From Felis catus (taxonomy: Eukaryota), in contig NC_058368.1 in the NCBI RefSeq assembly GCF_018350175.1, positions 52,205,815 to 52,269,814 of the forward strand: a DNA stretch of 64,000 bases, given 5' to 3'. Below are positions 51,340-64,000 of the stretch, in pieces. Below the pieces are notes generated by a model. That model was not told the origin of the DNA. It ran no database searches and saw only the letters and a program-made list of their open reading frames with translations. How positions within the stretch are numbered: the first letter of the stretch is position 1; the number at the start of each line of letters is the position of its first letter. The position numbers were made by a program, and so were the translations under genes.

Positions 51340-51980
51340 TTAAACCAAATTCAAATCAAAAAGTACTTATTAAATACCTATTTCATGAAATATATAAGCT
51401 TAAGGGTTGTGGAGGAAGGTCACCAAATGACAAAATGTGGTCCCTCCTATCAGTGCACATGTAATCAAGACAGAGAGACAAACATTGGACAATTAGTAAG
51501 ACAGCATGATGTGAAGGCTAGAGTTACAAGTATAAACAAAGCACTTAGAAACACTTAAGAAGCAATTATATCATATATGGAATCAGACAAGACTTTACAG
51601 AGGATTTGGCAAATGAACTTGGCTTTGAGGAGTAATTGGAATCCCATTTAGCAGAAAAGCTAAAAAAGGAACTAACTACAAGGGTAAATAGAGTAGCAGA
51701 AACATGACATGTAAGAAATAAGGACAGGAAATCAGGGAACAAGTTGAGACTAGGTCACTAAGGGTCATACATGGATTCTAAGGAGTTTAGACATAATTCC
51801 AGGATAAATACAGAGATGTTGAACTTTATTGAGAAGAGGCATGAAAAGCTTTAAATTTCTGTCATTAGTGTAAAGATGAACTTGTTGATCAGCATGGAAT
51901 CCATTAATGACCCAGGCTAGGCTAGGAATCCATTAATGACCCAAAGTCTAAAGATCAGTGGAAATGAAAATGGAAAAGAG
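51340..51980 (-). mobile_element. L2 fragment
   Basis: AAGTACTTATTAAATACCTA..AAGGAGTTTAGACATAATTCC..CAGTGGAAATGAAAATGG. Confidence 0.65.
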
Positions 51981-52221
51981 TAAAATATTCAATGAAATAA
52001 CAACTCTTCAAATTTAATCTTTAAGTAGAATTTCTACGTTTTAAGAAATATTCAAATTTTATCAACTAAATTTTAAGTTACATGGTGGCAAAAATGGTTA
52101 TTTCCCATTTATTTACTTAATGGATAGTTGATGCTTAATAAATATTTATTATAAAGTTTGATTGATTTTATTAATCATGGTATTTCCTTTCTAAGCATTG
52201 ACTTAAACTGTGGGTATCTTT

Positions 52222-52719
52222 CAGGAGTGCTGATGCGTAGGGGCATTTGTACCCCAATGTTTACAGCAGCACTCTCAACAATAGCCAATTATGGAAAGAG
52301 CCTAAATGTCCATCAACTGATGAATGGATAAAGAAATTGTGGTTTATATACACAATGGAATACTACTTGGCAATGAGAAAGAATGAAATATGGCCTTTTG
52401 TAGCAACATGGATGGAACTGGAGAGTGTGATGCTAAGTGAAATAAGTCACACAGAGAAAGACACATACCATATGTTTTCACTGTTATGTGGATCCTGAGA
52501 AACTTAACATGGGGGAAGGAAGGAAAAAAAAGTTAGAGAGGGAGGGAGCCAAACCATTAGAGACTCTTAAAAACTGAGAATAAACTGAGGGTTGATGCGG
52601 GGTGGGAGGGCGGGGAAAGTGGGTGATGGGCATTGAGGAGGGCACCTGTTGGGATGAGCACTGGGTGTTGTATGGAAACCAATTTGACAATAAATTTCAT
52701 ATTAAAAAAAATAATACAT
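52222..52719 (+). mobile_element. 5'-truncated young felid L1 (ORF2 C-terminus + 3'UTR + A-tail)
   Basis: ORF 52247-52498 contains WKEPKCPSTDEWIKKLWFIYTMEYY (L1 ORF2p end); TSD TGTGGGTATCTTT (52209-52221, 52720-52732). Confidence 0.96.
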
Positions 52720-52794
52720 TGTGGGTATCTTTAAGAAAATACTAAATTTTATTAGAGGATCGAGGGTTTTAATAAGTACTGTTTAGCCCTAGAC

Positions 52795-52999
52795 AAGAGT
52801 GCAACAACTTTCTTCTGCTAAGGGCTAGAAAATAAATATCTAAGGTTTAGTGGATCATGCGATCTCTAGCACAACAACTCTGCCATGGTAGTATGAAAGC
52901 ATCCGTAAACAAAGTTTGCCTGTGTTCTAATAAAACTTTATATACCAAAATACGTGGTGGGCCAGATTTGGTCCATGGGCCATAGTTTGTGAAGCCCTG
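52795..52999 (+). mobile_element. MER58A-like hAT/Charlie MITE
   Basis: GTGTTCTAATAAAACTTTAT..GGGCCAGATTTGG..CCATAGTTTG..CCCTG; 8-bp TSD CCCTAGAC (52787-52794, 53000-53007). Confidence 0.9.
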
Positions 53000-53091
53000 C
53001 CCTAGACCAATCAGAGGTAAACCATTTTATCTATAGTTAAAGGATCAAATAATTTATACATTTAAAGTGAAAGATGGTAATTCTTTATAAC

Positions 53092-53292
53092 TTTTTAAAA
53101 TGTTTATTTTGTGAGAGAAAGAGTGAGTATGTATGCTCATGAGTGGGGGAGAGACAGAGGGAGAGAGAATCCCAAGCAAGCTCCATGCTCAGTGTGGAGC
53201 CTGACACGGGGCTAGACCTCAGGACCATGAGATCATGACCGGAGCTAAAATCAAGAGTCCCACGCTTACCCAACTGAGCCACCCAGGCGCCC
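53092..53292 (-). mobile_element. CanSINE
   Basis: Full body; TSD TTC(T/C)TTATAACTTTT. Confidence 0.96.
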
Positions 53293-53304
53293 TTCCTTAT
53301 AACT

Positions 53305-53530
53305 TTTTTTTTAAATTTTTTTTCAACGTTTTTATTTTTATTTTTGGGACAGAGAGAGACAGAGCATGAACGGGGGAGGGGCAGAGAGAGAGGGAGACAC
53401 AGAATCGGAAACAGGCTCCAGGCTCTGAGCCATCAGCCCAGAGCCCGACGTGGGGCTCGAACTCCCGGACCCCGAGATTGTGACCTGGCCGAAGTCGGAC
53501 GCTTAACCGACTGCGCCACCCAGGCGCCCC
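53305..53530 (-). mobile_element. Young SINEC_Fc
   Basis: TSD CTTCCTTATAACTTTT; inserted at the TSD of the preceding SINE. Confidence 0.98.
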
Positions 53531-53569
53531 ACTTCCTTATAACTTTTAATGTTAATTCCATGTTATTGC

Positions 53570-54530
53570 AATTTCATTAAAGTGGAATTTACATATAATA
53601 AAATGTACCCTTTTTAGTACATTTAGTACAATTCTACTTTTGACAAATGCATACATTTTTGCATGTACTACTACAGTTAAATATAGAACACTTCCATCTT
53701 CCCCAAACTTCCTTCATGACCCTTAGTAGATAGATAACCCGTCCCCCAACTCCCATCTTCTGCCAACCACTGATTTGTTTACTGCCCCTGTGTTTTGCCT
53801 TTTCAAGAATGCCATAGAAATGAACCCAAACACTATGTGGCCTCTTGAGACTGGCTTCTTTGATTTAGCATAATATATTTGAGATTTATACAATATCATA
53901 TCTATATCAGTAGTTTATGCCTCTTTGTTATTTTATTCCATGTCGTGGTTTTTTCCCAAGTTTCTTTATTCATTCACCAGTTAAAGGCTGGATTGTCTCT
54001 ACTTTTTATTTTTTTGCAATTATGAATAAAGCCTTTATAAACATTTTATATAGGTTCTTATTTAAACATAAACAGAAATGCATTTCTCTTGGATGAATAC
54101 TTAAGGGATGGAGTTGTTGGATTGCATGGTATTTGTTTAACTTTATAAAGAACTGACAAACTATTTACCAAGGCGATGTACCAATGAGTTCGTACCAGCA
54201 ACGTGTGTGTTCTAATCGCCTCACATCCTTGTCCGCACTTGGTATTGCCACTTCTTTTTACTTTAGCCTTTCCAGTAAGCGGGTAATAGTGTCTCATTCA
54301 GGTTTTAATTTTATTTCTCTAATGACTAATGATGTTGACTGTATTTGGAGGTGCTTAGTGGCTATTTATATATCACTTCTGGTGAAGTACTTGTGAAGAT
54401 CTTTCGCTCCTTTTTAAATTGGGTTTTTTTTTATTGTTGAGTTTTCAGAGTTCTTTGCAAATTTTGAATACAAATCCCTTATCAGACATGCATTTTGCAA
54501 ATATTTCCTTTTCATTTTCTTAACGATATC
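53570..54530 (-). mobile_element. L1MB/MC-like 3' fragment
   Basis: CAACCACTGATTTGTT..GTTTTGCCTTTTCAAGAATGCCATA..TTTTAATTTTATTTCTCTAATGACTAATGATGTTGA. Confidence 0.85.
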
Positions 54531-57500
54531 TCATACTATTATTTTGTAAAATGTTAGCAGCACCAGTGTTATGATTGTTTTACTGTGTTCTATATTTTTC
54601 TAAAATACAAATTAATGAGAATAATATACCCCTTTCTTTGATGCAAAATTAAAAATGATATCTATGAATATTATAAACTAGATAGCAATTTTTCATGCTA
54701 CAGCTTTATCTTTAATCGGAACCTTGGTCATGACAATAAAGTCTAGACTCACAGATATTCTCTCTCATATATTTAATGTGGAAGAACTTTAAATCTTTGA
54801 GAGGTGACAAAGGAAACCGACACATCTATGAAATAGGACATTAATCTGCCTGCCTTGGCTTTCGAAGCACAGTAAAAGGGAACATTTTCAAATAGTGAGC
54901 TGTCTCTTTTATTTATTGATCTTCAGCTAGAAATAAAGCTATAGTAAAATGCTCTCTCCATATCTTTCTCACTGTATGAAAACAGGGTTACGGATCAATT
55001 GATTTACCATCACAATTGATTAGGTACCTTCCCTACTATCTCTATTGTGACACAAGACATGCAGTCATATAGATCTTTCATTAGGAAAGTCATTGAAAAG
55101 CTAAGGTTCATTGCATGCTTAAATGGTTTGTAGCCCACTCATTAAGCCATTAACCAACCATTAATATTGCTTAACCTCAAACCTTACAGATAAAATAAGT
55201 TACTGCCATTTTATCTTGCCAGTGCACCTTTGCAGAGTGAACAAGTACTTGATTTTGTTGCAACCTGACTTAAATATTCAGAGAAATGCCAAGGAATTTA
55301 GTATCTAGACAATTAACGCTAATAAGATTTATGTGTGTTTCCCTTCGATGCACACCCCAAAGCATGAAGAGTGGGAAACGGACACAGAGGCATTGCTTAA
55401 AATTGCTTTTTCTCACAAATTTAATCTGTTTTTAATATTTTCTACATTATTACTACTATCAATAACATGCATTTCAATGAGAAATTTTCTTTGTGATGTT
55501 CTTAACCATAGAAGTAAAAATAAAGAAACAAAAGCTCTGTAAGGATAAGTTAGCCATTTAAGACTCTTTAACATCTTTGGACCCATGCTTTAAGTTCAAG
55601 TGAGTAAATGATCAAATACTAACATCTAAAAATCCTCCATTGGTATGTTTCTCTTGAATTAAAGCTAGGGAGATTTGTGTGGGTCCCAGGTATTATCAAT
55701 TGCATAGAAAAATGTGCCGTATGCCCTGTACAGAGTAAAACATATTGAGGATATACACTCTTTGCCTGAGGTCGCAACAGATCATGGACGGAAAAGTTCT
55801 TGCACATTACTTTTTAAGATTTTTTTAAGGACAGATCTCTCCACAGGAAAACCAATTGTAATAAAAATCAACCAATTTTTTTAAGTCTAGAAGAAATAAT
55901 GTGAGCACTTGAACAAGAACGCCCGTAAATTTAATGGCATATGTGCAAGAAAAAATGTGAACAGAGTTGAATGTGCAATTAGGGAAAGTCATAAATAGAG
56001 CTTCCAGTTCATATAAAAGAGTATCACAAAACCATAGGGGACACTGTGCAGTCGGTAAGTAAATGTGAATGACCTTTACCAATCCATCTACAAAGGAGAA
56101 GAGATTGATATATATCTAGCGACTGTACTGAAATATTGCCACTCAATGTCAGGTTGGCCAAATGATGGCTGAATTTCATTTTATTTTTCAGTTTCTAACT
56201 ACTTAAAACCTCTAGCCATAAAAATTAACCACTGGGTCATGTGACATCTCACTGATGAATGAGAGTTGGGTACATATAATATCATTACCTCCATAAAATT
56301 CATACATGCAGTTTACAAAACAACTTGTAAATAGATAATCAACTTAAAGGGCCAGCCCTAGAAGACCTAAAACGCCTGGTTGTAGTTTGCATTTATTAAA
56401 ATCATTTATAACAGCTCAGCCTTTCTCTATGGCCAGTCGGAGGAGCCTGAGCTGGTCTCCTATAGGCAGGTGAATGTGATAAGCAGAGTTAGTGCCTTGG
56501 GCCAGACCTTTCTGAGGCATTTTAATTATTTTCAATACGCATGAGGACAATGACACATGTCCAAAGAATCATGCAAATATCCCTTTGCTGAAAATATGTC
56601 CTATACCCTGAGGCATTGGAGAGGGTGGAAATGAACTTTGGAAGAGTTAGAAGCCAGTGCACACCATAGCCCCGAACGGAGAAAGATTCAGGGATTCAGG
56701 CCCTGTTTAACGTCGCCAGCCACTTGTTCTCTCCACATGCCTACTGAAATTGCCTCCCCTTTATCCAGGTGTGTGCGTGACTGGGATTCTGTATTTGGAG
56801 AGGGAGAGACAAGTTGAGGAATGGGAGGATCATCTTATTTCCTTGTTAAATAAAGCTGACATGTAGAAGTAGATTACCTAAAAAGCAAGAAGATGCTTAT
56901 CGGTAGGCAAGTCCACGTTTTTTTTGTATTTTTCTCAAGTTGCTCCAAAAGAATGCTCACTCACAGTGGATACAGGGATCTCTCTCTCTTCCAGACCAGT
57001 GTCAGAGAAAAAACAATCCTTAGGAGATGCATTAGTGTTAGTGTTGGCTCCTAGATCTTTTCAGAGCATCACCTTCCTCAGAAAATGCCGCAGGTCACTA
57101 AGTTTGGCTCTAAGGTTCTCTAGAGCCATCCCAGCCTAGAAAGAGAGCCCCCACAATACTTTCCTGAGATAATGGTAAAGACTCACAGCAATCTGGGAGA
57201 GCAGGGGAATTTGAATGTGGGGAGTATTCTGTGGAGAAAATGTCAGAGCGTGGTAAAACTCTCTGCACAGAAACTTTCCTCTAAATATAAAACACTGGTC
57301 AAAGCTTGGCTCAAGAATAGCGTTCCACATGGGGACCATAGGCAGTGAGGGACAGACCCTAACTTTCCCCCCCTTGGCATCAGTCCTGTCACATTCTATA
57401 CCCATTTGAGGAACTGTGGGCTGCCAGGATTTTTAGGGGCTAACCTTGGTCATCTGGCAGTTCTAGGCCATGTACAATTAAGGAATGCCCTGAGAAAATT

Positions 57501-57831
57501 CATTTGACTTTGCAATTAAGAGACATGAATAGATATTTTCAGGATTAGTCTGGTTTGGCCATACTGGGATGTTTGATCAAAGGAACTTTACAGTTCCCCC
57601 AAGGCTGTCTCTGGATGTTAATGGGGTATTGACACGGAGCTGACTGGGTCTCTTTTGTTGCTCAACATTACAATGACTTTCATCCTCTTGCAGCCCAATG
57701 CTATTTGCCTGCCATTTTGGGATGAGAATTGGCACATGGAACTTCCCATAACCAAATAAGTCCTCAGCTATTAGATTCCTCGACATGCTGACAGTATCCT
57801 AATATCAAAATAAGTGAAAAAAAGAGAAATC

Positions 57832-57888
57832 TATTTCTATCTGCATCTGTCTATCTATCATCTATCTATCTATCTACTTATCCATCTG
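57832..57888. repeat. Degenerate (TCTA)n repeat
   Basis: TCTATCTATCATCTATCTATCTA. Confidence 0.85.
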
Positions 57889-58979
57889 TCTTCTCTCACA
57901 TCTCTCCTTCTTGTGCCCCTCCCCCCACCATATATAACATAATGTCCTCTTAGGGACATCCTAAGGTAGCAATTTAAGGAGGTCTCATAGAAGTAAATAA
58001 CCCAGAAAATACTAGCAGAACTCTCTCTTCCTTTTTCTTTATGTAAGTAAAGAATTTAAGTTAACTACTCAAATATTTGCTCTTTTAGATATCTAAACTA
58101 AGAGTAAGAGAAATTAAAGAGGAGGGACTTTTATCTATTCCAGAAAATGTTTGCTACTAATTTATAATTTTCTTTAATATCATATTTTCTAAACTGTCTG
58201 CAATTAGAAAGGCTACATAATTTAATATGCACTAAAATATTTTCAGGTTTCTGAGAAGATTATTTTCATGAGAATGCAGTTATTACAAAATCATGTGATA
58301 TAAAACAGGATCTCTTCATGCTAAAATTGTATTAATAATTAATTGGAGGGAAAGTATTTCACCATGATAAATGAGAGACTGTATGGAAAGAATGATGCCA
58401 TTTCGTGGCAGAAATAATATAGTAACATGCCGTTAAATACAAGACATCATATTAAATTTTACAGTTAAAGTACAAAGACGTCAAAATATATTAAAATTTA
58501 AATTCATTATGTTTCCTAAAATTCTGGTACTGGAGATAGTAATTAGAGTTTTGCCAATATAATTCTTAAAATGAGGGGAAACAGGGAAAATGTTTAGTAA
58601 AAAATGTAAAAACAATTTCCTAGAGAAAAACCTGGTTGCCAGTAACGTAAAACAACATGAAAGAGAAATGAAACACGCCCTGTTGGCTCATGCAATAAGG
58701 GTATGATTTACATCAAAATCAGGTCCATGATCAACAAGGACATAGTTCCAATAGCAAGGTAACTCTGCTGTTAACTTGTGTAAGAGTAATTGCACTAAAT
58801 TAAAACAGGATGGCTAAATTAACAGCAGTTATTAGCCTTCAGACCAGAGATGCCGTGAGGCTATAAAATGTTCACTTGGAGACCGGCAGAAATGCCCCAA
58901 TTCCATAGATTCATAAATGCAGACACTTCATTTGTGTGTTTTCTTACTAAACATGGTTTTGAATAACTGTTCTTTTCTA

Positions 58980-61900
58980 TTAAATACTGTTTTTATAAGT
59001 ATTGATTAGTTGCAAAAGAGCACTTACAAAATCTACGTACGATATAAAGATTAAAGAATAATGGCAGAATATACGTCCACATACCCAGCACCCTGTTTAG
59101 GGAAAATAACAGTACTTCTTAGCTTCCCTCCTTGTCCCATCTATTCTTTCCCTCCTCAAAATTAGTCACTGTTATGAACTTTGTGTATCTCTCAATGGTT
59201 TTTGCAAATATATTTGTATCCCTGAACCATATATTTTTAAATTATTGATCACTTTATAAAATTGATGCTTTTGCTTGGGTTTTCGTGTGTAAATGTGTCT
59301 TCCTGAGATTCATCCACATTGTTGACAACAGCGAGGATATGTTAATTTTCACTATTGTCTAATATTCAATTGTAAGGCTTTACTACGATTTATTCATCCA
59401 TTTAAATTTGGTGGACATTTAGGTTATTTCTCACTGTGACATGTAATATCATAATTTTATCCACATACAACATTTTTGTCCATATCTGCTCATGTTCCTG
59501 CCACCTAATAATTTGGATATTTATTCTAGTTTCTATGTAAATGAGAAATATATGCCTATAGTTCCTAAACCACTAGATTATTGTTGGGTTTGTTTGCTAG
59601 GCGATTAGCCTGCTCAGATAGATGTACTCCCTTGGCAAGGGACAAGGTGCCTGCGACATTTGAAAGTTTAAAACATCACATTTTTTGCCAGTATGCTGAG
59701 TGTGAAATGTCCTTTTGCTGTGGTTAGAGTTTTCATTTTCCTGATTGCTAGTGAATGCATCTTTTCATATGTTAACAAGCTACTGGGATTTTTCTGTGAA
59801 TTGTTTAAAACTCTGCCCATTTTAAAGTGAGCTGTTTGCCATTTTCATGTTGATTTGTAGGAGCTCTTTATGTATTTTAACCAAAATGCTATCTTATTTA
59901 TGAGTGCAATAAATTTCTCCCAGTCTGTAGCTGATCTTTTTGCTTTCTTTTTGGTGACTTTGGTTAAAAAAAAGTTCTAACTTTTAATGTAATGGAATTT
60001 ATCCATTTTTCCTTTTATTGTTTGTATTCCTTTGTCCTAAGTAAGGGTTAATTTCCTACCCAAAATCTATACAAATATTGAACTATATTTTCTCAACAGT
60101 TCTATAAGTTTGATAAAACCATTTAAGTCAGTCCAATCGGATGTAATTTTTATTTTGTTTTCTTTCCATAACACTATCCAACATCCCAGTCTAGTGTTTT
60201 GAAAACTGTATCGTTTTCTTTCTAATCCTTACTTCCCCTCTGTCACACATGAACTAGTTCCTTTACATAGGTTTTTAAAAAGCACCTGTGGGCCTTTTTA
60301 GGCGCTCTATTCTATTCTATTGGTCAGCTTAAGTAACTCCACCAATATCGTTCTGACCTAATTGTTATGACTTTATAAGAAGCCTTGATATCTGGTAAAA
60401 CAAGAGCCTTCATTTATTTTTTCTACCTTGTGAATGTCTTAGAGTTCTTGGCATTTTTCTCTTTAAAATACACTGTAAAGTAGACTTAGCAGGTTGCATA
60501 AAAAATACCTGTTGAGATTTTTATTACAATTTCATTGACTCTATATATCAATTGATGAATAATTGACATCTTTTTTATTTTGAGTCTTCCAATTCATGAA
60601 TATAGTGCATCTCTTTATTTAGGTATTTTATAATGTCTTTCTAAAAGCTTTTCCATTTACTCGATAAAGATCTTGTGCATCTTTTGATAGATTTATCTTG
60701 ATGTACTTTAAAGTTTTTAATGCCATTGTAAATTATAGCTTTATTAAATTATATTTTAAAATATTTATTACTGGTATATAGGAATGCAACTGATTTTTGT
60801 ACATGTTTTTAAGAAGAAAAATTACTAAACCTCCTTCTAATTCTAGTAACTTATTTGTAGATTAATTTTTCTGTGTTTATAGTCGTATCATTTTCCAATA
60901 AGAATAGTTTTGTCTTTTCCTTTCCAAATCTTACATATTTTGACTTCCTTGCCTTTTTTTCTGCTCTGATTAGGATGTCTAACTTATAATGTTGGATAGA
61001 TGGGGCACCTGGGTGGCTCAGTCAGTTAAGCGTCTGACTTCAGCTCAGTTCATGATCTCATGGTTTGTGAGTTCAAGCCCCACATCGAGCTCTGTGCTGA
61101 CAGTTCAGAGCCTGCAACCTGTTTTGGATTCTGTGTCTCCCTCTCTCTGTCCCTCCCCTGTTCCTACTCTGTCTCTCTCTGTCTCTCAAAAATAAATAAA
61201 TGTTTAAAAAAAATTAATAATGTTGAATAGAAATGATGAAAATGGGCACACTGATTTTTCCTAATCTTGGAAGTATTTCTTGTGTTTCACAATTAAATAT
61301 AAGGTTTGCTGTAGAGATTTTTTTGTTGTTGTTATATATCAGTTGCTAAGCTATTCTTAGTTTGCTAAGAATGTTGACTTTTAATGTACTGTTCTGTATC
61401 TATCAAAATGATCATCATTCTTTCTGAATATGTTAATTATAGCGGATTATATTAATTATTTCCTAATCTTGCATTCCTGAAATGAACCTAATTTTAACAT
61501 TGTGTACTTACTATCTTACTATATTGCACAATTCAATTTGTTAATATTTGGGTTTAGGTTTTTGGGTCTTTGCTAATAGATGAATTGGGTAGAAACCCCT
61601 TGTTGGATAGAAACCCCTTGTTTTCTGTACAATAGAATAGTTTATATAAGACTAGAATCATTTGTTGCTTGAATGTTTGTTACAATTCACCATGATAATC
61701 ATCTGGGCCTTGTATGTTCTTTGTGTGGAGAGAATTACCTAATAATATAATTTATTTAATCGTTAAATAATTACACAGGATTTATGTTGCTTATTGAATC
61801 AGTTTTGGCAAATTTTATAGGTGTTTGTCAATTTGTTTTTAAAGTTTCTATAATATCCCTACTTTTTATAGTATATGTACTTATGCCAATTTTTTGTTGT

Positions 61901-62900
61901 TAATAATATTTATTATGCCTCCTTTGTTTTCTCTAGTTTGGTCTTCCCATAGATTTGTTAATTTTATTATTCTTTTCGAACAACTAACATTTGGCTTTAC
62001 TGATCTTCCTTTTTATGACATATTTGTTTCTATTTCATTAACTTCTGTTTTATTACTATAATTTCTTCCTTCTACTTGTTTTGGGTTTAGTCTAAGCCTA
62101 AAATTAATCTATATTTTTATCCTGCTCGAACAACTTCAATCATCCCCAGCTGGCGATATACTTTTGTTGGGTATGTTAATTAGCTCTATTGGTATCCTCT
62201 CTCCCTAAGACATTATTAAGCTTTTTATAAATATTTACTGGTATCTTTATTATATTGTTTTCACATCATTTCTGCTAACCGTCGAAAGCCTCTATCTGTG
62301 ATCACTTTTTTTTTTTTTTGCCAAAATATGTTCTGTTGGATTTCTTTTAAGGAGGTTGTATTAGTGAAACACTTGGTCCATTTTTTTTTTCTTGAAGTAT
62401 CTTTTTTTTTTTATCCTCATTCTGAAAAGATATTTTGCCTGGCCTGTGATTTTAGATCAATGGTAAATTTCCCTTAGCCCATATCACTCTAATGTCTCCC
62501 CTTTCCATTGTTACTGACAGACATCCAACTGTTTCAGCATATCACCAGCACTTTGAAGGCAACCTGCCTCTTCTCTGCTTAGTTTCATCTTTTCTTTGAC
62601 TTACATATACTGTATTTTCACTATAATATACCAAGGTGTAAGATTTTCTCAGTTTTTCTTTCTTGGGATTTATTGCACTTTCTAACTCTTTGGATTGAGA
62701 CTTTTATTTCTTTGAATCCATTAAGTATACTTATTTCATATTTTGTACTCAGTTTCAAAAACCGACTCCATATTTGCATCTATTCAAATGAGTGATCAGT
62801 CTGAGTCTATTTCTGTAATTTCTTTTCTAGCTGTAGCTCAGAGTGGTCTATTTTACAATTTCAAACTGAGAGCCTATGTTTCTTAGAATTTTGTGACATA
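58980..62900 (-). mobile_element. Long ancient L1ME-like fragment(s)
   Basis: Antisense 3'UTR then ORF2 texture (TTCCTGAGATTCATCCACATTGTT; GAGTCTTCCAATTCATGAATATAG; GGAATGCAACTGATTTTTGTA). Confidence 0.8.
61002..61213 (+). mobile_element. CanSINE nested in L1
   Basis: TSD ATAATGTTG(G/A)ATAGA. Confidence 0.97.
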
Positions 62901-62935
62901 TTTGTGGCAAAAATGTTGATACTCAAGCTACTGCC

Positions 62936-63151
62936 ATTTTTTTTTCCAACGTTTTTATTTATTTTTGGGGCAGAGAGAGACAAGGCATGAACAGGGGAGG
63001 GGCAGAGAGAGAGGGAGACACAGAATCGGAAACAGGCTCCAGGCTCTGAGCCATCAGCCCAGAGCCTGACGCGGGGCTCGAACTCCCGGACCGCGAGATC
63101 GTGACCTGGCTGAAGTCGGACGCCTAACCGACTGCGCCACCCAGGCGCCCC
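62936..63151 (-). mobile_element. Young SINEC_Fc
   Basis: CpG-rich copy; flanks GC(C/T)ATTTTTT. Confidence 0.97.
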
Positions 63152-63514
63152 GCTATTTTTTTGAATAATAACTATTCTGTAACTCTGACCCAGGATTATC
63201 AAGTCTTCTATCAGCATCCAAGAACACGTGGCCATCTAACTGGTTAGTTTGCAAGTAGGGTAAAGTCTCATACCTTTCACAGTTTTGGGTATATAAATAC
63301 TAAGTAAGTTAGACAAATATATAAACCAATGACTGTAATCCATTATTCTTGATTTATGGTACTTGAAAGCATAAAGGGATTACTATGATATAAGTGAAAA
63401 AAGAGACAAATGACCAGATGGAACTATAACCATTGTGAGGGAGGTGTTAAATAATTTACATATATATTTTAAATGAAAGGGAATAATTAATGTACTTTTC
63501 TATTTTATATATAT

Positions 63515-64000
63515 TTTAAAATTTTAATTCCAGTGTAATTAACATACAGTGTTATATTAGTGTCAGGCTTACAATACAGTGATTTAACAATTCTATATAT
63601 TACTCCCTGCTCATCACAATAAGTGTACCTTTAATCCCTGTCACCTATTTCACACACACACTGCTCCCCCACCAGTAACCATCAGTTTGTTCTTTAGACT
63701 TACGAGTCTGTTTTTTGGTTCAAATTTTTTTTTCTTTGTCCATTAGTTCTTAAATTCCACATATGTATAAAATCCTATGGTATTTGTCTTTCTCTGACTG
63801 ACTTATTTCACTTAGCATTATACCCTCTAGATCCATCCATGTTGCTGCAAAAGGAAAGATTTCATTCTTTTTTATGGCTGAGTAATATTCCATTGTATAC
63901 ATATACCAGTGGATATCTTCTCTATCCATTCATCTATTGATGGACACTTGGACTGCTTCCATAATTTGGCTATTGTAAATAATGCTTCGATAAACATAGG
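63515..64000 (-). mobile_element. Carnivore L1 3' end (runs off window)
   Basis: AACATACAGTGTTATATTAGTG..ATTTCACTTAGCATTATACCCTCTAGATCCATCCATGTTG. Confidence 0.92.

Noticed and set aside
52247..52498. ORF with clear protein similarity
   Set aside because: C-terminus of L1 ORF2p in a 5'-truncated copy; not a functional gene.
4699..63151. tRNA genes or CRISPR-like spaced repeats
   Set aside because: The tRNA-like A/B-box sequences are SINE heads; repeats are dispersed, with no regular repeat-spacer array or cas-like ORFs.
1070..63235. Recurring similar ORFs (e.g. GAPGWRSRLSVRLQPGHDL, RETEHERGRGRERGRHR, WVAQSVKRPT)
   Set aside because: They are reading frames through CanSINE copies, not a gene family or repeat array.

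Overview
Non-coding mammalian genomic DNA from a carnivore, almost certainly a felid: about 32 tRNA-derived CanSINEs (including young cat-type SINEC_Fc copies with clean target-site duplications, TSDs) and a cat-type L1 3' end. Much of the rest is old repeat debris (L1M, L2, MIR, CR1/L3, a MER21-like LTR, MER58 hAT) and microsatellites. Repeat family names are from recognition by eye, not from a database search, and boundaries are approximate. Nearly all ORFs in the supplied track are SINE, L1 or simple-repeat artefacts. I cannot identify a host protein-coding gene, only a few weak candidate exons and candidate CTCF/enhancer sites. The best-supported unexpected structure is a ~3 kb inversion (about 17.4-20.6 kb) between two inverted SINEs: their TSDs are reciprocally swapped and one LTR is split into two oppositely oriented halves. 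I found no evidence for a new biological system such as an endogenous virus gene, ribozyme or array.
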